Origin: Hydrolagus colliei
Lineage: Eukaryota
Length of the DNA: 64,000 nt
Direction: 5' to 3'
NCBI GenBank assembly: GCA_035084275.1
Contig: CM068750.1
Span: forward strand, 14,260,001-14,324,000
A program made the translations under genes and the position numbers. The notes beneath the pieces were generated by a model, which was not told the origin of the DNA, made no database searches, and saw nothing but the letters and a program-made list of their open reading frames with translations. Positions 27,891-39,946 of the stretch are shown here, one piece after another. Position 1 is the stretch's first letter. Each line of letters begins with the position of its first letter.

Positions 27891-29059
27891 TTTTTTAAAT
27901 ACGATCTACCATGTGGATTTACGTTTGCAATTATGTTTTCGTTATTGGGAGATAATACATACAGCAAATTGTAAGTGAATTCGGCCAACTTGTGCACATC
28001 AAACAGCCAAATACTGGACTATCTTGATTAACTAAAACATTGGGAGGCATATTTTTAAAAATAACTTGAAGGGTTTATAAGTTATTCCAATACAAAGGAG
28101 GCACAGGTAATGGGTTGCATCACATTTGTCAAACACAGGCATTCAGTCAGGGTTCTTGAAAAGTAACAAACTAAAATCCAAGCAAGTCTTGAATTGTAAC
28201 AAGTGTTACCAGGACAGCAACAACATTTCAAAAAAAAACATGGGGATAATGTAGTTTGCAGTACGCTACAAACAGCAACACATGGAAGGGTTGAGATGAC
28301 ATTACAGTACAAACTGCAACAGGAAAGCAAGAAATTTATTGCCTCACCGTAACTCTTTCTTGGGAGCACATTTGAGAGTACTGTATTGTGTGATTTCATG
28401 TCTGGCTGATGGCATCAAATTGTTTGAGCTATGTTATGGACTCCAACAGGAAGCAATACCAGGTTTAATTTTATTGATACAGGGGAATGTCATATCTGCT
28501 GCATGTTACACCATAAAAATTGTAATTCATAGCATATACTTTTGGGGGTCTTCCTACTGCGGGTTTCTGGCACAGAATGTGATTTGCTTCCAGGCTAGAG
28601 GCAGCATCCAGGATTCACCTAACAGCCTATGGGGGAAAACATACTAGCTTCCCGTTTTTGCTCGAAAACACAAGAGGAAATCTCTAAATCTACTGTACAC
28701 CATATGTGCAAGTTTGTTACAATGCTATTTACATGGTGGAACATTTTACTCTCAATTCTCTCCCCCCTCCTGTCATTTTTTTTGCTTCTGCAATAAAACG
28801 CACACAAGTCTATTCTGTACAAATCATATAATCACCTGAGTCATCTGTCCATGTGCCCAAGTTCCTTTGAATTTCTTATTATTTATACATTTCAGATAAC
28901 TCATACTTTGCACAAGTCATATTAAATGTACGGTCCCAACTGTTACGGCTTTTGTGAGGTTTACTGTCTTGGGGTACACTCCAATGGGCAGCTTCTGGCA
29001 CACTGCCAAAACAACCATTATTTACGTAACAACCTTGATAGTTACTGTTGCAAACAATT

Positions 29060-29225
29060 TGACACGAACCCCATTATTGTCAAGCCTAATCCAGTCATCA
29101 CCCAGCATCAACTCACTCACCTGCTAGCAGGGATCATTGGACAACAATTAGGCCCCAGGAACCATGGCTGATTTGCCCTTACCAAGAGCTTAAGGCAACT
29201 AACTTAGCAGAAGGTGAGATCTGAT
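29060..29225 (-). mobile_element. Ancient SINE fragment, same family
   Basis: agcagggatcattggac ... ggaaccatggctgattt. Confidence 0.55.
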
Positions 29226-32200
29226 GCACAGTCACTGCATATTACAGCATATACTGTGAAGTACTTTGAGATGGTCCTTCTATGAAGTGAAAGGTGCTAT
29301 CATTGTTTCAAAATTTTGTGCCACCCTGATAAAATGGTTTTCTGAGATAAGACTTGGTGAAATTTAGGGTCTCCAGAACCAGGAACTTCTGACCAGTATT
29401 GTTTAGTGTTTGTACAATTAGGCCATCAGGAGAGCTCTTATAACAAATAACTAGTTAGAAGTACAGATGAAAAACAAAAGGTTTCCAATAAATTTGCATT
29501 ACCGCAAAGCATTTTGTCACCACGCCAATAGCACTCGACAAAAAGTACGAGCAGCCACTTTTACTGGAAATCAAATTATAGGGCACAATCCAACTCCAAA
29601 TGGCTTGTGGTCATTTGGAGAATGAGGCGATGTATAAAAGCAACATGACGATTTCAATAATCTGGAATACCAGTTTTAAATTATATGTTAAAAAAAAGTC
29701 ACAACACACGACGTAAAGAGCAGGGCTGCTACGCTTTACTTACTTAAAGAACAAAATCAAAATGGGCGAGTTCTTCGCTGAACACTGAAACAAGAGTTAT
29801 AGGCATTGCAGGAGTTCAGATGTATTCCCGGAAGGCTGTCCATGAACGGATGGTTTGCTGGGTGAAATGGTTTGCAGTTTTGGAACTAATACACTCCTTA
29901 GCAAAAAAAAACAAGACAATTTCTGTGAATTATTTATTCTTTTTAAAAACGAACATTACAGATACAAGGACTTTACATTGTAATCACGTACACTTCTCAG
30001 CAAAAAAACAACATGATTAAAGGAATATCTGCCTGTAGGGAGGTAGTTTCAATATAAAGTACCTACCGCTCTCATATCTCCCACAGGTAATGTTTATTAA
30101 TTTACTCTCAACTATAAAGAGTAATCTTTTGGCAAAAGAAAAACTGGTTAACATGCCTCAAACAGACCAATATTTTATGAAAGGGATTCAATTGGTATCA
30201 CTTGGTTTTCTTAAGTGCCATTCAGCAGGTAAGTCTATATACTGTGCAATGGGTCACAGGAGTGCCGTTTCCTGAACCAGCCTCACCTCAATGCTGGTAA
30301 TGCTATAGGAAAACAAAGCACATCTTGTAAAATGCTACAGCGGAAATTAATAGTGCTTCCTCTATTTGACAAGCACATTCTCCGTTATATAAACGGACTT
30401 ATGTTTGCGCTTGTGAAACATCGGTCTGCTTGGAGCTATGGAGAGGTCTTTTGCAGAGATCCCTCTTCAAAGGTGAGAGCTTATGGACAAACGTATTGTA
30501 GAGGACCCAAAAGATCATGTTTCATAGAAAGGACCTCTTCTACAGGCAAACTCTCCTTTACGATTTCTGGGCAATTTGTTTCTTGACACTTGTGTTTCAC
30601 AACTCCATGCACGAAGCAAATATTTTAATGACTGTCATGAGCAACTTTAATGTTAGCCAGTTAAACAAAAATTACAACCCTATTGGGAGGGAAAAGCATG
30701 GATGGGAGGAGCTACACAGAAGAAAGGCAGCTGTAAATCATTGATGCAAAATATAAAGGTAGGATGAGAGCCTGCAAAATGTTACCGTCAATATTGAAAT
30801 GGTTATTGTTAAAAACCTGCTTGCGTGCCAAAAAAAAGCATGTCACATAATTAAGCAGAAATAAGATTGAGTTGAGGCAGCATTTTATTTAGATATATTA
30901 CATTAATAAATATGCTAATTCCAAAAATAAAGCCCCAAAAGCATAGGCTTTGTCAGGTGGAATTAGTTTAAATTAACATCTGCTTGGATCGTTTCTGCTT
31001 AATAGTAACATCTGGACAAAAGTCACATTTGCTTTCCACGTGAGCAGGTAAAAAGATGTAATGTTTTTACTCTAGCCAACTTACTTGTCAGTGAAATTAG
31101 TTGTGAAAATCAAGTTTGCTGGGCAAATAGAGGAGAGCTTAAGTAATGCCAATAAAATATTTTGGAAAGATTGAAGCTAAAGACAAGTGAGAGAAAACAA
31201 GACATGCACATACAATTAAGAATTCCACCCCTTCTTTCAACTTTTAGCAGTGCCATAACAAATAAACATTTGTACACATAGATGTCTCGACTCCCTCACA
31301 TATAACTGCACTAACCACCCTAATGTTTGTATTACAGTAAGGATTACTGATGGTTTCTCCATTAGAGAGGAGCAAAAAAATTATGAATGAACTAGATTAC
31401 CATGTATGGAACAACAGAAAAAGAGTTTCACTAAGGCATTCAGTTACATGCAGTAACTCCTCTCTTACATTACCAGGTCTCGGTACAATATTGTCTGTTT
31501 TATGTCTCTCTGATGAACATATAAGAGCCTCTACAACATACATGTTATGTGGATCCCAGACGGCATTCCAGAGAGGGGGGGTTTGTATGACTGTGACAGG
31601 TTAAGTTAATTTTGTTATTTACTTAAAATTGGAATTTGGACAAAATATAATAAACCACCCACTTTCTGTCTGGATAAGATTACACACAACTCAATGAAGG
31701 CAGATCCATGCAACAAGTACAGATCTTATGCATTATGTTCCATGCTCAACAGCATCCACTCATAGCCAAAGCCTAAATATTTATGTCAACCATACTGTTC
31801 TCTTTCTCCCTTAATTACAATACAATGCTTCAGAAATGTCACGGTCACTTTTCTTGGTCTGCACAAGTTGAGATTAAAAACATTGTTGATGTTGTCTAGT
31901 CTCTTCATTGAGTACTTTTTTTAAAAAAAACTGCTGGTTTCTGACTTTGGTTTTTATTGAAATTGATTACTAAGTGCTTTTGCAAAGCAGGTCACCTGTC
32001 CTGGTGTGTCAAAAATATTTGATAGTAGTTAATTGAATGCGGTGTAAAAAAAAAGGCTATTCAATTCAACAAAGCAACAGTACTTAGCATCCAAGCATCT
32101 CCCTGCACTTTATTAGCCATTAGCTTTATTGATATTGGGACAGTAAAGAGTCAGGCATTGCCTCATCTGGCTCTGCCCCCACATCAATATCAATTATTCT

Positions 32201-33134
32201 ACATTCTGAGGAAATACGAAGAAGGCGCTCTACTGTACGGTTTTCACTGGCTGGGAATTACATAGGTTATGTGGCTATTTCATGTCTTTCTGGAACATAT
32301 TATCCAGATCAGTTAGGGAGAACATATAATTTGGCACAGGGTACTGATCAAGGCTATAAACAAAATGCCTTATCAAACATTAGCAAGAACTGTTGAAAGG
32401 CAGAGTAATTAAAATATAAAAATAACCCCCAATATTGTATCTTTAGAATCAAAACCCACAGATGATCAGCAGCTGTAAAAACAAACAGGTCTGGGGCTGC
32501 AATTCCAGAATGCACAAGCCCTGCATTTAAAATGAAATGTTGTTCAGTTTTGCTTTGAAACTGTACCATTTGCCACGTTTGGGAAATTATATTGTGCTGT
32601 TAATCACCTGCAGATCAGGTTAAATATTTAGCCTAGCAACAAAAGAGAAATAAATTAACACCAATTGTCAGATTACAGTACATGGGACTAATAATCTGCT
32701 GATCAAACCCCTACAAAGAGAGACTAGATTTTGATCAATTATCCACAGTACAGAATTTACCCCCATTCAACTAATCTATTACTGTAGGCATATGCTCCAA
32801 TACACTGTACCCTACCAACAACATTTGATTACTAGCTTCAGAATAATCTGTTCCAGGGTGTAAAGGGTGTGTTTTAGGACAGACACACAACAAAAAATAT
32901 CAAACTCACGTCACATTTCCATCAAATACATTAGTGTTCACATAAAGCTTCACTTTTGTTGTAAAGATGGACTGGAACCAAACACTGAATTGTTTTCATT
33001 GTTAACATTTCACCAGTCACATGAGTAACTTGCAAATATTTTACGTTCAGGGAAAGTGCATTTTTTCAGATTATAGAAACCCAACAATCTATATAACAAA
33101 AATTAACTGTAGCAGTCCACTGGCAGTGCTGTAC

Positions 33135-33140
33135 TTTATT
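33135..33140 (-). terminator. Distal polyadenylation signal AATAAA
   Basis: Plus-strand tttatt; the minus strand continues into ttaatttttgttatatagattgttggg, a downstream U/GU-rich element. Confidence 0.6.
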
Positions 33141-33948
33141 AACCTTGTTTAATGAAAACTGTACAACTATTACTATTGTGATGATAAACATAATTAACGA
33201 TAAAACTACCAGGAATGTAAACACTGAAAGACAACTGATATTTGGAAGGTTTTGTCTCTTATAAAGTAAAACAGCATCAGTGTTTTTAAATACGTAAAGA
33301 AACCATTAATATTTTGGTACACTAAATATTAAATATCAAACTGTTTGTTTTAAAGCATGTAGAGGGAGGTACATTTTACACAATTATTGTCTTGTGATAA
33401 AGTTTTCTAAATAAAAGACAAGAATGCAGTTCTGCATACTGATAGCAGTTTCTGGTGCTGTCCACGATCTAGACAGACAGTTGTATTCTATATTCTTTTT
33501 TTTTAAAAAGTCTTTACTTCAAACTTCGTGCTATTGCCTGGACCACTACAGTTAACCAGCACTGATTTTTACACAGTAACATTCAATCACTTTAAAGTGC
33601 CTCTAAATGCGGAACAATAGTTACCACAGATTTTGTTTCAGCAGAAATAAAGGTACAACCTGGAACTCATCAAATCTCAGTCCAGAGTCCATTAAAAAAA
33701 AGAAAAATCCTGAGTCAGCAGTTTCTTAAATCAACTCAGGTGACACAAATATATGGGCTCTTTGCCAAGATGAGTAAATACAGCAATGACATAATTTACT
33801 TAATAAGAACGACATCTCTAACAGTGGCTGTAGAAATGTAATCCAGAAATACTATCAAAGAAATTCAACCATACTCCACATATCATTTGTTCTGCATTTC
33901 TTATAGTTCTTTAAAGAAATTGACTAGTCAGGGAGCTTATTAATTGAA

Positions 33949-33964
33949 TTTATTACAATTTATT
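33949..33964 (-). terminator. Tandem proximal AATAAA pair (candidate alternative poly(A) site)
   Basis: Minus strand reads gAATAAAttgtAATAAAttc. Confidence 0.45.
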
Positions 33965-34686
33965 CAGCTCCAAGGCACATTACAGTCTTCTGTTACTACA
34001 GAAATGTATAAAGAACAAACAGAGCATTTTTTTGTCATATACAGTACAGCAATTTGCTCTACTATTTAAAGCATTCGTGCATCCATAAGCAAAAAAGAAA
34101 ACACGTTATATAAAAAAAATTCAGTTCACTGAATCATAAATGAAAGATTTGCCCTTGGAAACTAATAAAAAGAACCCCTCACCTTTTTTTAAAAAAAAGT
34201 CACTTTGCAGGAGACTATCCCAGGGCTTGTAACATAACAAGCTGTAACCATTTTTTGTAACGATTTGTTTGCATTTCTGCAGGCGTCAACACTGGCCTTG
34301 GCAATTCAGCGAAGTGCATACATTTACAAAAAAACACACACACCAGCAGCGTTAATCGCTAAGTGCTATGATTCTGTACCTAGCCAACACACTGCCACCA
34401 AATAAGTGAAAACAGTATTAAGCAGTAACCAGTAATATCTTAATTCCTTTTTGAAAAAAAACGAAAAAAAAACAGGTTCATCCTTCAAATGAAGAAGAGC
34501 ACATACCTTGTTTCAAAATATAGAAACATACGACGAAAAAATGGGGGAACAATGTCTATACATAAGACTAACTTGTTTTTTTTAGTTCTTATTCACATTT
34601 CTTTCATTTCTTTTTTTAAAAAAAACTTCAAATGCAGTGTGAAGTTTGAAGTTTTTTTTTCTCTTGTTAAAAAAAATTAAATTTGT

Positions 34687-36660
34687 TTACGGGTCTCTTT
34701 CTTTCTTGACCTTAACGTCCCCTGCTAAAATGGTCGCGATCTCTCCCTGCATGAATGCCCAGGGCACATTGGAACCGACTAGCGGGCACTTCTCGCCGCT
34801 GGGGCAGTAAACCTCGCCGTTGGCGCCTTGGGCCTTGATGCTCTCCCGCGAGCAGGGGAAGCAGAACTTGTGGTTGGGCACCGACGGGCACTGCACGAAG
34901 TGAGTGTCCTCCAAACGTTCGTGACAGATAGTGCAGCACAGGGGCCCGTTACTGGCCATGGGCGAGTCCGGGATGTTGGGCGGGTGAGCGGCCTCCATGG
35001 CGTGCGCGTTTGGAGCCGCCGCCGCTGCCAGAGCCACGTCTCCGTTCCTGGACGCCATGCGGCGCTGGCCGCCCCCGGAGGCCGGTGACACGGGGCTGTT
35101 GCTGTTCCTCCTGGTGCTGGTGGTCGAATGCACCGAGTTGCTGCCGCCGCCGCCGCTGCTGTCCTTTGGCGAGTGCGCGTTGCCCAGCGTGTCAGCCACC
35201 GACATGAGGGCGGCCATGGGCGACTGGCCGTTCTGGCTGCTGCCGCCGCCGCTGGACTCGGGGGGGCTGGTTCGGTTGGGGGTCATGGACGGCCCAAAGG
35301 CGCCCGACGCCGCCAGGGTGAGCTTCAGGGCTTCGTTCTGTCCGGCCAGCCACTGCTGCTGCCGCTCCTCCAGCTTCACGCCGCCCGCCTCCTGGTCGGG
35401 CTCGGGCGAGGCTTTCCTCTTGCGCATGCCAGTCCTGGAGGAGTTGTTGGGCAAGGCGCGGGACAGGTTACACAGGGCGGTTGGCAAAATGGGGCAATTG
35501 GCGTCGATGTAAGACTGGGGCAGCATCTCAGCCGCTACCACCTCCTTGAAGAAACGCACCGTCTCGGGCAGCAGGTCACCCAGCAGCCGCCAGTCCCCCG
35601 AGCTGTGCTTCTTCTCGTACTCTAAATACTTGAAGCCGGACGATAGCCCCCGGCCGAAGTCCTTCATGCAGTCTTGGTACATCTGTTTGGCCACCCCCGA
35701 GGCGCTGGAAAACACGTTGGCAGATCCGCTCGGGTACTCGATGTAGATTTTCAATTCGTAGTCCATGCCCGGCTTGGAAATGGCATCGAAAGCGAACACC
35801 CTGCCCAACAGACAATGGTCCTTCTTGAAGCGCACGTCGAAAGGCGTGCAGTTGGAAAGAGTGATCAGAGTCTCTCGCACTATTTTGGGTTTGTTCGACC
35901 AGTCCTCCGAGCGATTCCTTAAACTTTCGCTCAGCTCCGCTAGGGTCTCTGCATTGCGTTGTTTCTCTTTCAGTTCCCTCTCCTGGTCGGTGCTGGAGAC
36001 GGAGCCGGGCCGTTTGTTTACATCGCTCATCGACTGGCTGGTAACAGACAGAGAGGATCCCAGGATGTTGGAAGGAGGGGGTCGGCCGAGCAGACCGTGC
36101 GGGGGGAGGGCTCCCGTAACCGGGCCGTTCAGAGTGGTCTGTGGTAACAAATTGGGAGGGACAGTGACGGGACCTGGAGGCACCAGCCCGTGATTTCTGC
36201 GAGAAGAATTGGGGCTCTGTCTGTTGAGTTCAGGAGGAATGTCCTCGGGTTTGGGGAATCCATTGGGTCCATTCAAGCCGTTGGGAAGCCTGCCAGCGTG
36301 GGTGATGCCCGGGTACTCGAACCGAGGTCTCTCCGTGGCCAGGGAGTAGCGGTCGAGAACCGTCTGGGGCGGTTTGGACGAGCCGTCAACGTGGTTGAGT
36401 TGAGCAGTCTCTTTACCTGCAGCCATAGACTGAACTTTGACAGGCGGCGGACCGGGGGATCTCCCATCCTGGAAGCCATGAGCCCTTTTCAACTGCCGGG
36501 CCGTCTCGATGACGAATTCGATGCGATCGGCCCCTTCGTAGTTGACACATCCCCTGCACACGGGCTCGGTAAAATCCCAGATCATGGCCCACGGCATGCG
36601 GGGCAGATCACAGAGGTAGCACGACTGTCTCCTGGAGGAAGACACTTGTGCAGAAGACAT
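34687..36660 (-). CDS. IRF2BPL: Interferon regulatory factor 2-binding protein-like (EAP1), single coding exon, 657 aa
   Basis: N-terminal [24 protein letters not shown]...CRGC zinc finger, central IRF2BP1/IRF2BPL domain (RFKKDH...YLEYEKKH), [12 protein letters not shown], and C-terminal RING ending [11 protein letters not shown] match the recalled IRF2BPL sequence. ATG at 36660-36658 is in gcgccATG context (the ORF track starts at an upstream TTG). TAA at 34689-34687. Confidence 0.97.
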   Translation of the reverse strand: MSSAQVSSSRRQSCYLCDLPRMPWAMIWDFTEPVCRGCVNYEGADRIEFVIETARQLKRAHGFQDGRSPGPPPVKVQSMAAGKETAQLNHVDGSSKPPQTVLDRYSLATERPRFEYPGITHAGRLPNGLNGPNGFPKPEDIPPELNRQSPNSSRRNHGLVPPGPVTVPPNLLPQTTLNGPVTGALPPHGLLGRPPPSNILGSSLSVTSQSMSDVNKRPGSVSSTDQERELKEKQRNAETLAELSESLRNRSEDWSNKPKIVRETLITLSNCTPFDVRFKKDHCLLGRVFAFDAISKPGMDYELKIYIEYPSGSANVFSSASGVAKQMYQDCMKDFGRGLSSGFKYLEYEKKHSSGDWRLLGDLLPETVRFFKEVVAAEMLPQSYIDANCPILPTALCNLSRALPNNSSRTGMRKRKASPEPDQEAGGVKLEERQQQWLAGQNEALKLTLAASGAFGPSMTPNRTSPPESSGGGSSQNGQSPMAALMSVADTLGNAHSPKDSSGGGGSNSVHSTTSTRRNSNSPVSPASGGGQRRMASRNGDVALAAAAAPNAHAMEAAHPPNIPDSPMASNGPLCCTICHERLEDTHFVQCPSVPNHKFCFPCSRESIKAQGANGEVYCPSGEKCPLVGSNVPWAFMQGEIATILAGDVKVKKERDP

Positions 36661-37060
36661 GGCGCAAAAAGAGAACAACAGCCCAGCACAAGAACGGAGC
36701 GAGGCTGCGATCTCTCTCCTCTCTCTCTCGGTGTGGTTCCTCGCTCTGCGGTACTGGAGGGAGCACGGGAAGGCCTGGTGTGTTGTGCTATACTATGTGA
36801 GGGTAGCACGGCTTGTGGTTGGTGTAGCTCCCCGGGCTCGGTCTCTCCCTCTCCCTCCCTCTCTATCTCTCGGAGGCTCTGAGCAGCTTCACCGCCGACC
36901 AGCGCTCCTCCGCCCGTGACGTCACCCGCGCCACTGAATACAGTGCCATGCCACTGCGCATGCGCGCCGCCGCATTCCTTTCCCCCCCCCTCCTCTTCAA
37001 TGTTACATGTGTGCGATACACACCAACAATCATCTTAAAGCGACACCGCCTCCCACCCTC
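34690..37060. promoter_or_regulatory. CpG island covering IRF2BPL CDS, 5'UTR and core promoter
   Basis: Abrupt high GC and CpG density against the AT-rich, CpG-poor background. Confidence 0.9.
36910..36966 (-). promoter_or_regulatory. IRF2BPL core promoter: GC box, full CRE, NRF1 site
   Basis: CCGCCC 36910-36915; palindromic GTGACGTCAC 36916-36925; TGCGCATGCGCG 36955-36966 matches the NRF1 consensus YGCGCAYGCGCR; about 250-300 bp upstream of the ATG. Confidence 0.75.
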
Positions 37061-37081
37061 CACTGCTAGAGCTGTGCCACA

Positions 37082-37212
37082 TAATCATCATCATCATCAT
37101 CCTTGCATTTTGATACAGCGCCTTTCACGTCTTCTAGACTGTCTCAAGGCGCTTTGCAGAATACATTTACTGTAACGTGAATTGACTGTATATATGTGGG
37201 CGAGATGCACCA
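37082..37212 (-). mobile_element. SINE tail immediately upstream of the IRF2BPL promoter
   Basis: (tca)n tccttgcattttgatacagcgcctttcacgtc ... aaggcgctttgcagaatac. Confidence 0.85.
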
Positions 37213-38199
37213 AAAATGATCGAATCCTTGCATTATTATTAAACAATTATCTTCAAAGCTACATCCCCCCCACCCCCTCCTCATCTCTCTGTACCCCCTA
37301 CCCATTTTCTCCGTCCAATGTTATATGTGTACAGTACACACTAAACATCTTAAAAGCCACATCTCCTCCCCTTCTTCAGGCCTCTTATGATTTCCGGCTT
37401 TTAGTAATGCACCATTATTAAGCGACTGCGTTGAATGCAACGCGTTTCCATGGCTGGAGGGAAAGAAAAGTAGTTTTTTAAATGACTTCCAGCGGCGCGC
37501 TTGGCGACGTCAACACGCACATTTACTTTTGGGGTGATCTCGGCAGCTTGCTTTTGATCCCTGATCCCCCCTCCCCATCCCCCCCCCCCCCCCCCCCACA
37601 CCCCAAAAAAATCCTTGCTACTCATGATGGACTCGGGTTCAGTGTTATTAAAGGTTCGGGGCCATGGTTAGTGATGCGGGGGTCGCTCGGTTCGAACAAT
37701 GGGAAGGACGGACAGTTGTAATCTTAACACAGTCCACGTTTAGACCTGCATTCGGACCAGTCAGTGCTGAATAAACAAAATTGCTTTCGTAGTGAAATCA
37801 GCAGCAAATATCTGAACAATGTGGTGGGGGGGGGGGGGGGGAGGGGGTAGGGAGGGATAGCCTCCTATTAAAAATACAAGATTCCACAACCAGTTCCTAT
37901 CAAATTTCAATCGCACACCGTGATCGAAATAACGCGCCTCACTACAGCACAGGATTATCTCACTGCACAGATAGGGTTAGGTGTTGAATTACTATAAACA
38001 AGGTTGCTATATAGTTGAACGGGTAAAGCTTTTATTTTCACTGTCATAACAATGCAGTTGTAAATGATAATGGAAAAGCACCGTCTCCGCGTCAGTTACA
38101 GTGTGCAATCCACATGCACCCGCTGTGTACTGTGTGGATGTTATGTCAGTGTTGGCGATGCTATCTCCACCTCCCCCCCCACCCCCCTTGTGCTCCCTG

Positions 38200-38510
38200 A
38201 GGAAGCCTCTTAACTGCAGCACCAATCCCGCCCCGTGACGCGGGGCCCGATCTATTTCAGTTCTTCTCTGAATATCGCAACTCCCCCAGCGCTCTGCTTT
38301 GCGCCGTGTCACTTCACAGGCCGAGCCCACATTTTTTTTTCCCTTTTCCCGACCAATCTCTGCGTATGCACAACCGAAGCAGCCCATCTGTTTTCGGAGA
38401 ACTCCAGCGCCCTGGCACACATCCATTAATCACGAGACCTCTGCATTCGCCGATTTAAACTCATTTTTTAAAAAAAAGCCATTGTCGACGTATAAAACGT
38501 AAGTCGCCCT
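38200..38510 (+). promoter_or_regulatory. Second CpG-rich promoter-like block upstream of IRF2BPL
   Basis: CCAAT at 38222 and 38353, CCCGCCCC 38227-38234, TGACG 38236-38240, high CpG density. Confidence 0.5.
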
Positions 38511-39506
38511 CCTAAGCAAACACTGATCACATTTGCTCCATCTCCCCACAATGTGAGGCACCTAATTTATAAGACAGATACTGAATAAGCGTGGGACTAA
38601 TGAGGAAATAGCAAAACCCCAAACAGCTCGATTTGAAAATAAAGGAAGGAAGGAGGGAGGGAGGGGGAGGAGTTGCATTAAAGTGCATTGATTGAAAACT
38701 ATGGGATTATGCAACTTCCCTCTAACTCAGTTTCCTGTTGTGCAATTTGTAGTTGGGTTCATACTACTAACTAAAACGATTAACTGTATCATTCGCAAGA
38801 AAGAAGTTGAGGGTACTATTATGTTTTGAAGTGGAATGCGGGATTGCTTGTTTTTTTCCCCCCAGTACAAGTTAATCATTAATATGGATGTGGAGCCATA
38901 AATCTCACAGGGTACGTCAGACGTTAAAATAAATAGAACCACTTGGTTACTGTTTACCCAAAAGGTGGAGTTTAACTGGAGCTTGTAATGAGTGCAGAAC
39001 TGGGAATTTAAAAATGAACCCACTTAACCAACAGCAGAAGCAATGTGTCTGAATGGGGAGTGGACAATGGGCTGGGTGTTTCTCACTTAACAGCGCCAGC
39101 CTTGTTCTGTGAGAATTCCAAGGATTAAGACATTTAAACCCCGAACCTCTCCTGCTGCCGTGCACCAACAAGCATCGGCTTCAGCTTGGTTTCAAATAGT
39201 TTCGAAAGTAAAAGTAATTTAGGCGACGCTTATAGCATCCAACATTAATCACTCTGCGCCCTCCCCACAGAACATAAAAGGAAGAACCTGATCTGTGTGG
39301 TATGCACTCACTCACTCATTCACCCGTTTGCTCACACCCCGACAAAGCTCAATGTTTTGCACGATCTCACTGTATTTTGCAAGTTAAGAATTTCACGCTA
39401 AACGTTGGTCAAACGGGAAAACCCAGCGTTTATCTCGATTGCTCTGCGTTTCAGTTTATGCAATAAGATTTGGATATACCCCCCTCCCCACCCCCCACAC
39501 ACACGT

Positions 39507-39550
39507 ATGGGCCAAATGACCTTCTGTGCTGTAAATTTCTGTGGTTTGTA
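39507..39550 (+). mobile_element. CR1-like 3' tail
   Basis: atgggccaaatgaccttctgtgctgtaaatttctgtg. Confidence 0.6.
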
Positions 39551-39698
39551 CGGTCTAAATAATCGTTGTCCTTCAAGATAAAAGGCATTAAAGCTCCCGT
39601 GGAACTATTTGAAAAGAGAAAGGAGTTCTCCTAGTGTCGTGGTCAACAATCCTACACAAAGAATTGCTCTAGCTCAGATGGAGGAGGACATCTAAAAT

Positions 39699-39761
39699 AC
39701 AACAACAACATAATTACATTTATACAGCGCCTTTCATGTCTGGAGGACGCTCCAAGGCGCT
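39699..39761 (-). mobile_element. L2 tail-only insertion
   Basis: Reverse complement reads agcgccttggagcgtcctccagacatgaaaggcgctgtataaatgtaatta(tgt)n. Confidence 0.82.
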
Positions 39762-39946
39762 AGGTACACATTTAGAAACATCTAAATCCATAACTCTTGT
39801 GTACATACATCTAAAATGCCAAAGAATAGCACCAAGATAAGTTACCAGCTAAAAGCCTTCCTATCCAAAGGCTAATTCAAAGCTCTTCCCATTGTTTCAC
39901 CATGTAATGCAGTGTGTATTTTGCAGGTCAAATGCGGCTGATGTGG

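Larger units (their letters stand above)
33115..34686 (-). other. IRF2BPL: IRF2BPL 3'UTR (distal end approximate)
   Basis: AU-rich, repeat-free sequence from the stop codon to AATAAA at 33140-33135, followed by U/GU-rich downstream sequence. Confidence 0.65.

Noticed and set aside
33454-33475. REST/RE1 site in the 3'UTR
   Set aside because: Only one half-site (GGTGCTGTCC) matches
36661-36678. ORF-track start MFSFCA for IRF2BPL
   Set aside because: It is a TTG start; homology and Kozak context point to the ATG at 36660
34828-36882. Long antisense or overlapping ORFs (171, 165, 142, 230 aa)
   Set aside because: Expected shadows of a GC-rich CDS; no recognisable domains
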